The translations under genes and the position numbers were made by a program. 64,000 nucleotides of DNA from the human T2T-CHM13v2.0 reference genome, Homo sapiens, in NCBI RefSeq assembly GCF_009914755.1, contig NC_060927.1; one strand, 5' to 3'. Shown piece by piece: positions 51,344-64,000 of the stretch (positions within the stretch are counted from its first letter, which is position 1; the number at the start of each line of letters is the position of its first letter). A model generated the notes under the pieces. It was not told where the DNA came from. It saw only the letters and a program-made list of their open reading frames with translations, and searched no databases.

Positions 51344-53774
51344 TTAATACTCCAGAAAAAGGTATTTGTCCAAGAGGTTGTTAGTCTGTCACATAGACAT
51401 AAATGATTAGCAAGAGACACGTACTCAGATATATGGGCCTTTCCTACTTCCACGGGTCTGTGACTCTATCCTTGAAAAGGAAAGTGACATATACAAATGA
51501 ATGGTAGATACAAAAATAACAACAACAAAAAAAACAACACCACGAATAACAACAAAAACCACCAAGACTTTTGGGATAGCCTCAGATATTGCTTAATTCC
51601 TATCCTTTTTGAATATTTGGTTTTGCTTTTATATACTATGTTGTTGGGTTCTATTTGGAATAGATGTGTCATTGTTTTGTTTTATTTTCTCTCTCATTTT
51701 TTTTCCCTTAAATTTATTTGCTGTTGCTTCTCTTTGATTAAAAAAACACAAAAATCCCCTCAGGACCTGATATATAATATCAATTAAAAGACAATTGTTT
51801 CTTTTGGAAAAAGTGGTAACAAATTCTGAAAATCTCACATCGTTCTTTGCCCTCCATGCCCTTAAAGCAATCCCCATGGCATCTCAATTAAATCCTAGTC
51901 TCTGAGTTTCCTTTTAGCTTTAAAATACCTACACAAACGTCAAATAAAGTCTTTTGACTTCTCAATAAAATTTATTTTTTTCTTTTTTTACTATCATAAA
52001 ATACACATTTTTTCTCAATCTTAGTAAACTTAAAAAAATGCATTTGTTATCCAAATTGTTAAAACAAAAAATATCTGAAACTACTTACTGATGTTCTGAA
52101 TGCATCTCTGTTTGTGTTAATAATGCCTAACTCCCTGGTAATCAATCACAAACTATATGACTCCAGAATAATCTATTTCTCTCAAATCTCGAACACACTA
52201 ACGTAGAAGCCGTTATTTAGGATTTGAAAAGGCAAATTGCCACGTAGTGACAAATTTAAAATGAATTTATTCTGAAACTGCCATTTTAAGGTAGTTTCTA
52301 TAGTGTGAAAAATACAATGTTGCAAGATTCTAAGTGTTTTGGCCTTTTCCAGTTCTTAAACATAGGATTTAGGTTTCCTTTTGACTTTTAATAACTTGCC
52401 AAGTTGATATTTTCCCTGAAAACTTCGTCTACATAAAGGTCAAGAAAACTGTGGAGATCACTAAAGAAGTTATATAGATAAGGTGCTTAATATTAAGAGC
52501 TGTTACAGAGAAAATGATCTATTTAAGATGGTGCATATTCCTTAATTTAGAGGAGTTATTGAGACTTTTTCAGTTATTTGAACATTCTTTCTGTTTTTAC
52601 AAAAATAAAAGTTTTATAAATTGGGTTTTAGACATTTCAAAACAAATCATTTCTTCATTTACCATAAGGTTTTTCAATTTATGTATCATGGCAAACTGTA
52701 AGAGGGTTTAAATCTCATCACTAAAATATTGAAAATTGTGATCCAAAAATGATTTCTAATGTTACAGAAAAGCTCCAAAATGTGATCCAACTGATTCTCA
52801 TAGTGGTGTGACAAGTGCATATGATCCAGTATCTTTCAGTTTTATGAAAATTGGTTGTATACTTTTCCTCCTGTCTCTCCAACACATCTAATGCCATTTC
52901 AGCTGTGCATATGAGTTGGAAATTTGTGCTAATTCTTCCTTTTTTCTTTTTAATTGTAGATGGAAGAAATTAAAACTGGTTTTCTCTGAAGGTTCCCAAC
53001 CAATAGGACTTTCCTCCTTCTGTCTTCCTTTTCTCAAACCGCAGGCATTAGAGAATGTATACCTTGTTAGAATAACATTTACTGACCATATTTTAGTCAC
53101 ACCTTAAGCATTACTTTTCCAGAAATTATGCCCATACATTTTCAGAACATATTATGTGTCTCCTTTTTGGTATTTTCATTTGGTATATTTGGTATGCTTG
53201 TCCTTTTTGTTACTTTCATTTAATTATGCAATGACCATTTTTTTCATGCTACATTTTAGAGTCCTTGAGTGCATGACTATTTTTTTTTATTGCAGGCCCA
53301 AGAAAAATGTCTAGAATACAGTAAGGTCTGAAAATGATTTCTTCATTCAGCAAATCGCTTATACCTTTTTTTCTTTTTTGGCCAGGACATGATCTTCAGA
53401 CTATTTTAGTCTCTTTCTGCAGCTTCCTAAACATTTGATGTCTTATTTTTTTTCCTTTGCTTCTCTAAATGCTCCAGCTTAATCTCATTTGTTGAGTTCA
53501 TATGTTTTATGCAGACTAACTCATAGCAATGATCATTGCCTCCTTGTCTTTGTCTTTTCTTCTTTCTTTGCGCTTTATTCCTAGATTGCTTCCCTAATTT
53601 TACTTCAGTCACTATCCATATGTAGGCCACAGGTTATCAATACACATGCACAATTTCCTATATACTTATCTACATAGATGTTTGTAAGGAATTCAAACTC
53701 TAAAAGGTCAAAACTGATTTTATAATATCTCTCTAAAATCTGCTTATCACATACTGTACTTCAGTAAATCATAG

Positions 53775-54318
53775 CGAGGCAGGAGAATCAGGTCTGGAGG
53801 CAGGGAACCTAAGGCTGTTTCACTTCGACTTGCTAGAACTAAATTGAAAGGAAAACTCTAACTTTATACATCTAAGTAACAAAAGGACCAGAGGCTGCTC
53901 CCTTTGACTTTTTTGCGAGTCAGATGAGAAACTGGTTGGTGGAAATTGGTTGTCCGCAACAAATCATACTGAGTGCAGGTCCAGTCTTCATTTGCAAATT
54001 TGTAACTTCACTCCAGCCTCTGAATGGTTGCCGTCCGCAACCAATCAGACTAATTGTGCGATACCATTTCAGTTACATGAGGTGAACATGAAGTGGCCAA
54101 TGGAAAACTTCTAGGGGGTATTTGGACACAAGAAGATTCTGTATCAGGGCCCTTGAGCCGCTGCTTGGGCCCGCTACCACTGTGGATTGTACTCTCGGTT
54201 TCAATAAATACCTGCTTTGGTTCTTTTGTTGCTTCATTCTTTCTTTGTTTTGTCCAACTCTTTGTTCAAAATACCAAGAACCTGGACAAACTACAGTCAC
54301 GACCCTCTAACGGTGACA
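53775..54318 (+). mobile_element. MER51A-like (ERV1) solo LTR
   Basis: gaggcaggagaatcaggtctggaggcagggaacctaagg...taagtaacaaaaggaccagaggct; CCAAT boxes; aataaa 54203-54208; TSD atag/atcg. Confidence 0.9.
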
Positions 54319-55499
54319 ATCGTTATACTTATTTAATTTTACAAACTGAAAAAAAATACACGTGTCTTGTCAATCTACAGTCCTTTTAATTTCATACTTA
54401 AATATTTTGAATATATGCATTTCTCTCTTACTATTGAAGTCAGAAAAGAATGTACCATCATACCATTCTTGGAACAATGTCCTGCCACATCTATTATTAC
54501 TGTAAATAGAATGGAGTTTGGAGGAGTGATCTGTATGCTGGAATTTTCGAGAGAAAAGGTTTGTTAGTAGTTTCAGATAAAAATATCTGGTAAGTGATAC
54601 TTAACATGAGAATGTCCAAACAATCAATATATAAATGTTTATTAAAAACATACTACTAAAAAGAAGACAGCATTTTTTTTAGGACACAAAATTAAGAAAG
54701 CAAAGCAATTAAAAATAGTGATAGTAACTGAATGTTAATTGGAGCCAAATATGCCAAGGATCCTTTGCCTCAGTCCCTGACATGAGAAGGGAGGATACAA
54801 AATTATTATGAGAGTTTCATTATACATGAGTTTCATTATGAGAATTTCATAATACATGATTTCAGCTCAAAATATTTCAATTGATCATATGTATTTTATT
54901 TAATTTTAAATATAGATATCCCATATAGATAATTAATTATAAAATTTACTATATCTGTAATATAGTATATTACTAATAAAATAGCATTTTAAACAAATTT
55001 TAGGAATATGAACAGTGGACTTGCATACAAAGGTGGATGAAGCATAGTAAAAAGTTGCCTTCCATAATTTAGACAACAAACACTGAAGTCATTTTTTTCA
55101 AAAGAATTCTAGGGAAGCTTGTATTGAGGAGATGCAGAGAGAAGAGGAGAAAAGGAAACAGACTCTATGATTATTTGGGGTTCTGTATTGGAAAAATTTT
55201 ATCTTTATTTTACCCCATCCTTTCCCCAGCACTATAGTCTTTCTTTTGATGTAGAAGTAAAAATCTCTGAGGAAACTGAGCGAACTATTTCCAGGTTACA
55301 TGGAGTTCAGTATGAATGTCCCAGAGTAAAACTTCCTGTTTTAACTTTGGAGGACAAAAAACGTTTGTTTGTTGACCCTAACTTAGCCCTGAAAACAAGC
55401 TAGTGAAAATAGCCTATGAACAGACGTTAGATTTCTAGCCAGTTACCCATTCAGAAGTTGTTGGAGGAAAAGTCCAGCCTATATAACAGCAAAGGAAAC

Positions 55500-56260
55500 T
55501 CTTGTTTGCTATGATTTGAAGCAGCCTATTATTTCAATTTTAATTATACATATCCTCCAACAAGCATCTACAGAAACATAAAAGATATTTACAATATTGA
55601 AAAACATAATAAAGAGAGAAATAATAAAGCATCTACAGAAACATAAAAGATATTTACAATATTGAAAAAACATAATAGAGAAATATTATATTTAAAAATA
55701 TAATAAAGATATATTTTTAAAGATGAAATCCATTTAAAAAGATACTCTAGAAGAAATAAACAGAGTAGAATAATAACTATTTGACATTAGTAATAAATAT
55801 CATTTATAATATAAAACACTAACTAGAATGGTTGGATGAGTTATTTCAAGTCTAGAATATAGGAAATAAGCAAATGTATGAAAAAATAAGAGAAAACAAA
55901 ATGCACCTATCTAATGGTTCTGCATCAAAACAATACGAACAGATAACAGGGGAGAGGGAAGTTAATAATAAAACTATTTAAAACATTAAAACTATTAAAA
56001 TTTAAAATGAAAACATAGGTTTTAAAATTCAAAAATATATTTTATAGGATGAATTAAGAAAAATAAAAATACATGTGTCATTGTATAACATCAAGGATAA
56101 AATAGAGAATTCTAAAAGTTTTCAAAAATAAATTAAATGGATTAAGATTTTTGTTAAAAGATGAGAGATCTACAAAAGAATGTCTACTACAAAAGAATGA
56201 CAATCAGATTGGCATTAGCCATCTCATAAATCATTTTTAATTTAAAATTCTAAAATATAA
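55500..56260 (+). mobile_element. Very old L1/HAL1-like ORF1-region fragment (probably resumes at ~57040-57760)
   Basis: A-rich strand bias and degenerate ORF1-like phrases (aaaatagagaattctaaaag, aatcagattggcattag). Confidence 0.45.
55562..55687. repeat. Tandem duplication ~65 bp x2
   Basis: aagcatctacagaaacataaaagatatttacaatattgaaaaa.cataat at 55562 and 55627. Confidence 0.93.
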
Positions 56261-56271
56261 ATTTTCCCTCT

Positions 56272-56274
<3 letters not shown>

Positions 56275-56308
<34 letters not shown>

Positions 56309-56324
56309 ACACACACACACACAC
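56275..56324. repeat. (CA)n microsatellite with one GA interruption
   Basis: Seen directly. Confidence 0.97.
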
Positions 56325-57784
56325 AGAGTTATGTACCTTTGAAATGATTCCAGACACCTACTATGTGAGTGTCATCTGTTTTTCTGTGATAAGAACATGG
56401 AGTATAATCTCTCTCCCTAGAAGAATGTTACGTCACACCTTATTAGACCACATGGGTGAGTTACTGTCTCAACTACTAGACAGCAAAACATACATAAACT
56501 CAAGATTTTGAAAGAGCTTAAGCTGTGGCAGGGCTAATCTTTATCAACTGAATCTTTGAAGACCTAGTGCTCAGGCTGCAGGAAGGCTATTCTCTTCCAA
56601 TCTTTGAGCTATTCTCTGAAGCCTCGCCCACCAACGCTGGTGCTGCTCACTAGCATGGAGGGACCTTGCCTGTGACCTGGAATCTCCACTGTGTTTGTCA
56701 AGATGTCTCATTTGAGAATCTCTTCTGCAAAGATGTGACTCAAATATTATTTAGACTTCACACTCACAGAGGCTTACTTTCATCCTAATTAGCAACTGGA
56801 CTTTAATAATGTGGACTCCACATGAAACTAGAGCTCACTAACTGTGTGATTGATTAATGTACCTAATCTATCCAGCATATTTTCTCTGAGATTTGTTATT
56901 GTTATTCTCCCCCTTTTGAGCAGTGTGGAAAAAATATCCTTTATGGCAGTAAAGGATGTAATTCATGAAATTATACTTTGATCATCTCATTTTAACTACA
57001 CAAAACACATGCACATATGTACACAAACATGCACATTAACACATATAGATGTATATATTTGGAGAATTGAAGATTCATAAGGTTTTCTTCTTGTTCTCCC
57101 TTTCTGAATAACTATGCAAATGAGCAAATGGAAGAAGCAACCAAGAAAAAGGTAAATATGAGATCTAGAAAACAGAAAACTAATACAGGATTATAATTTG
57201 GGAAAATGAAATACCAAGAATAATTAAAATTTTAAAGCAAGACTTTTATTTTAAACGTCTGATCCAGTTTGAAGCAGAAAGTAAGGTGTCCAAAGAAAGA
57301 AATGTCTTGATGAAAATATGGATTGTATGCTTCAGAAAATGAAATTAATGACATAGATAAATTAGGGATGTGACCAGGGCATTTTTTCTATCAACAGGAT
57401 AAAAACAAGGAACAAAAAAAAAATTAAGAAAAATAAAAACTCAGAAAAAAAAAATTTAGAAGTGCACAGAAGAATCAGGGTCAAATAAGAAAATTAAAAT
57501 GTGGTATGGTTTTGCATAACTGACAGAATATAAAAGAGCCTAATCCATATAACTAGGAATATCCTCTTTTGCTTATAACCAGGATAATGACATTGGGGTT
57601 ACAAACAGCATTCATATAGTAATAATAATATAATTATTTTCATTTTTATCCTTCTATAGGGAAAAATTATAATTGATTATGACTACTGTGCAGGCATTTA
57701 TTAGCAGAGTAATGACAAAAGAAAAGTTATTATTGTCTGTGAAAGCACTTTTATTTAAAGATAAAATCACAAAGATTATGAACA

Positions 57785-57826
57785 TCTATCTATCTATATA
57801 TATATGTATATATATATATATATATA
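57785..57826. repeat. (TCTA)n/(TA)n microsatellite
   Basis: Seen directly. Confidence 0.9.
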
Positions 57827-58639
57827 CACAAAGGCAACTACACAAAGCTAGTAACATGCATATTTCCAGTTGGAGGTACAAGGTACCATGCCCTTTGGAA
57901 CCCCTAAGGGGCCCCAGATGTCAATAATACCATATGGTCCCATCAAGTATTGTGAGAAGTTCTGCTTTGCCACTCTCGGATTTTCTTTTTCCATTCACCT
58001 GGACCGTTCTGACTCTTCTGTAGATTCTGCGCCTGTTTGCTTGAATGTCAGGTAGGTAAGGCAAACCAAACTTGGCATGTTTGTGAATGCTTAGATTGAG
58101 AACAGGTGAATCAAAAATCAATCCCAAGTATCACTGGCTTTATAGTAAAATCAGTCTTGAAAACTGAAGCCATATGTTATTAATATTATTAATAATATGA
58201 AATGTAAAATAGAATTAACTGCATTTGTGAAGTAGAAGTGGGAAATAGGACTGGGAAGGGAAGTTTATAATATTAATAACTACATATCATAGGAGGGAGT
58301 TAAGTGACAGTGTCTGAAGTTAAAACTATAACATATAAAAATTGAAATACATTATGAAGTGTTAAAAAGAGTTAAAATGATAGGACAATGTAACTACCAC
58401 AAATATGCAGAGAGAAATGGTAGGAGGAGTGTAAGAGGGAACTATTACATCTGTGCTATTCTTATTGTTGCATTAGTAAATAATGCCTCTATTTGACACA
58501 TTTATGAAGAGATTCATAAATACACAATTTAGAGTGATGCAAGGATAATCATGGGCCATGGTAAAATAAATTTAGTAATAGAGCAGGTTGATCTCTAACT
58601 TTAAGTCGTTCTGGGTGGATTTTTTTCACCACATTATAT

Positions 58640-59062
58640 CATTTAGTTAATTCTTTCAACAATACTGTGTAACAAACACCCACTGACACCCTTAGTGGCA
58701 CAAAAACAATAAACACTTATTTCTTGCAAATATAGCTTCAGTTTAGCGAATATGACTCTACTTTGGGTTCAGAAGCTATGTATTTTCTGGTGTTCATTTG
58801 TTTTCTTCTAGAGGCCAAATATAAGAGTAAGCCACTAACCATGTGGCAGAAGCCCAAAGGAGCAATGTCATTCATATAAGCACAGATCAATCCTCTGTAA
58901 ATATCATGTCCAGTAACATTTCATTGGTCCAGTTAAGACAAAGGTCCTAGCCTGTGTCAAGAGGCTAGGAAGTATATTCTGCTATGAGATCTTGGCAAGG
59001 GTGTGACATGTGATTCATATCTAGGGAAGTGAAGAAAGAGAACTAATAATTTAATTTACCAC
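58640..59062 (-). mobile_element. MLT1H-like MaLR solo LTR
   Basis: tgtgtaacaaacaccc...ttagtggcacaaaaacaataaacacttattt...tggcaagggtgtga...agggaagtgaagaa...taatttaccaca. Confidence 0.7.
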
Positions 59063-59811
59063 ACGTCTAGAGATTACTTTGATATAAAATAATGCTTTTT
59101 ACATTTTAAATAGGTATAAAGAAATACATCTTCTTCTGTTCCTTATCTGATGTTTATTGGGTGCTTTCCTGTTTTCATCCAAATAAAAACTCCAAAATAA
59201 TTAATATATCCTGAAAGACATTTTGTAACGTGGCTTGTATATGTCTAATCTCATTTGGAAGACAACCCTGTTCACTACTCCTATCAGACTTCTCTTTAGT
59301 CTTTGTACACTTTATGTACTTTCTCAAGTTAAATGTATGCTCTTCATTCTGCCTGTAATGCTACCTACATGTGCTTTACCCAGCTAATTCTTAACCATTC
59401 TTTTAGTACGACTTGGCTTTAGATTAATGGTTTGTTTGTTATTTGATTTAATCTTACTTTACATTTCTCGCAAGAAACAATCAGCTATCATGAAATTATA
59501 TGTATAATCACATTTATTCCCTGGTGAGCTATTTGGCACATAAGAAAATTTTCCTGGCCAAGGCAACATCATTAGGATCAAGTACATCACCTGGCACATA
59601 GTTATAGAATGAATGGTCTATCAGGATTTTCAGCATAAAAGAGATGTCCATTCCTGCCTGGGCAAGTCCCATGTAAAATGATGTTTTTAAATAATTTCCT
59701 TACAGATATTTTATTTAAACAGGCAGTACAATCTATTAAGTTTTCATCTCTGTTGTTTATATTGACTTTAAATCATGTTTTAAGTTCATATATTGGCCAA
59801 AAGTTTATTAA

Positions 59812-60232
<421 letters not shown>

Positions 60233-60674
60233 AAGATCTTCTATTTTACTACATAAATGAATGTGTCCTTTTGAGTGTCTGTGAGTTGCTCATCTGGTTT
60301 CAGGATCTTCAGCTAAAGTTCTATTCGTAAAATTGTACTAGCTCATTGATTATGCAAAAGATACAAGGGGTTAGCTTTTCTTTCTTGGACTTGGAATTAT
60401 TTCATCTTTCTCTTATGTTGCTTTATTTATAGCACCTAAATAAATTAACTTCTGTATCTGATCCTTTTTGTTTTGGGTAAATGATTTGGTTTAGAAAAGG
60501 TGAATAGTATGATTTGTTAGGATTAGCGCTGGTTTTGGTCCAAAGTGGTCAGTTGACGTGAAATCTTCCCATTGTAAACTGGGTGCTTTAAGTTAAGCTA
60601 TACTTTTCATTATTCCGAGGACACTTTCCAGTACACTTTCCTTGTTAGGATTTACCTCCTCTTAGATAAGATTT

Positions 60675-60978
60675 TGTTGTTTATTTGAGAGAAAGTTTCA
60701 TTGTTTTACCTAGGCTGGAGTACAGTGGTGTGATTTCAGCTCAATGTAACCTCCACCTATGAGGCTACAGTGATCCTTCCACCTAGGCCTCCCAAGTAGC
60801 TGGGATTATAGGTGCATACCACCATGTTCAGTAATTTATTTTATTATTTTATTTTATTTTATTTTTGTAGAGACAGGGTTGCTCCATGTTGCCCAGGCTG
60901 GTCTCAAACTCCTGCTCTCCTCTTGACTCAGCCTCTCAAAATGCTGGGGTTACAGGTGTGAGCCACTGCACCCAGGCA
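60675..60978 (-). mobile_element. AluJ, diverged
   Basis: aggctggagtacagtggtgtgat...gtagagacagggtt...gtgagccactgcacccagg. Confidence 0.92.
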
Positions 60979-61159
60979 GTTTTTGTTAATTATAAATTTG
61001 AAATTAATAGGGATATGAGGAGGGTGATGGGCAGTGTGTGTATGCTTCATGGTCCTATTAATCAAGCTGTCTGTTCTTGACTTACTACTAAATTGTCTTT
61101 TGTCATTATATTTCATAAAGGCTGGCGTGGGTATTCTAAGCTTAGAAAATGTAGCCCTC

Positions 61160-61477
61160 CAGCCAGAGAGAAAGGTCGGGTTACCCTCAAAGGGAAGCCC
61201 ATCAGACTAACAGCGGATCTCTCAGCAGAAACCCTACAAGCCAGAAGAGAGGGGGCCAATATTCAACATTCTTAAAGAAAAGAATTTTCAACCCAGAATT
61301 TCATATCCAGACAAGCTAAGCTTCATAAGTGAAGGAGAAATAAAATACTTTACAGACAAGCAAATGCTGAGAGATTTTGTCACCACCAGACCTGCCCTAA
61401 AAGAGCTCCTGAAGGAAGCGCTAAACATGGAAAGGAACAACCAGTACCAGCCGCTGCAAAATCATGCCAAAATGTAA
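61160..61477 (+). pseudogene. L1 ORF1p C-terminal remnant (no start, frameshifted)
   Basis: AREKGRVTLKGKPIRLTADLSAETLQARRE, then a 2-bp loss near 61251; ORF1 stop ...catgccaaaatgtaa at 61477. Confidence 0.92.
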
Positions 61478-61525
61478 AGACCATTGAGACTAGGAAGAAA
61501 CTGCATCAACTAACGAGCAAAATAA

Positions 61526-64000
<2,475 letters not shown>

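Noticed and set aside
56360-56940. GC-richer block that may be an old LTR
   Set aside because: No termini, TSD or family could be identified, so it is left unannotated.

Overview
This is AT-rich, CpG-depleted primate (human or great-ape-like) genomic DNA, either intergenic or deep intronic. It is built mostly from interspersed repeats: Alu, L1 of several ages, L2/MIR, MaLR/ERVL/ERV1 LTRs and MER5/MER20 DNA transposons. I see no host protein-coding gene, RNA gene or CpG island, and nearly all short ORFs in the track are noise. The main structure is an ancient two-LTR class I provirus of the MER34 group (~19826-27471, +). It lacks gag, keeps readable but dead pro-RT-RNaseH-IN and env, and carries a nested MER61-type solo LTR and an L1PA inserted in the protease, each with its own target-site duplication. 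The window ends in a young 5'-truncated L1PA2/3-like element whose ORF2 stays open for 762 codons (EN and RT motifs intact) before a nonsense codon. The least explained stretch is ~14.76-16.1 kb, a GC-richer island with weak Ty3/Gypsy gag-like traces and a pre-miRNA-sized hairpin. Repeat subfamily names come from my recall of consensus sequences, not from a database search, and boundaries of old repeats are approximate. I cannot support a new biological system with confidence.
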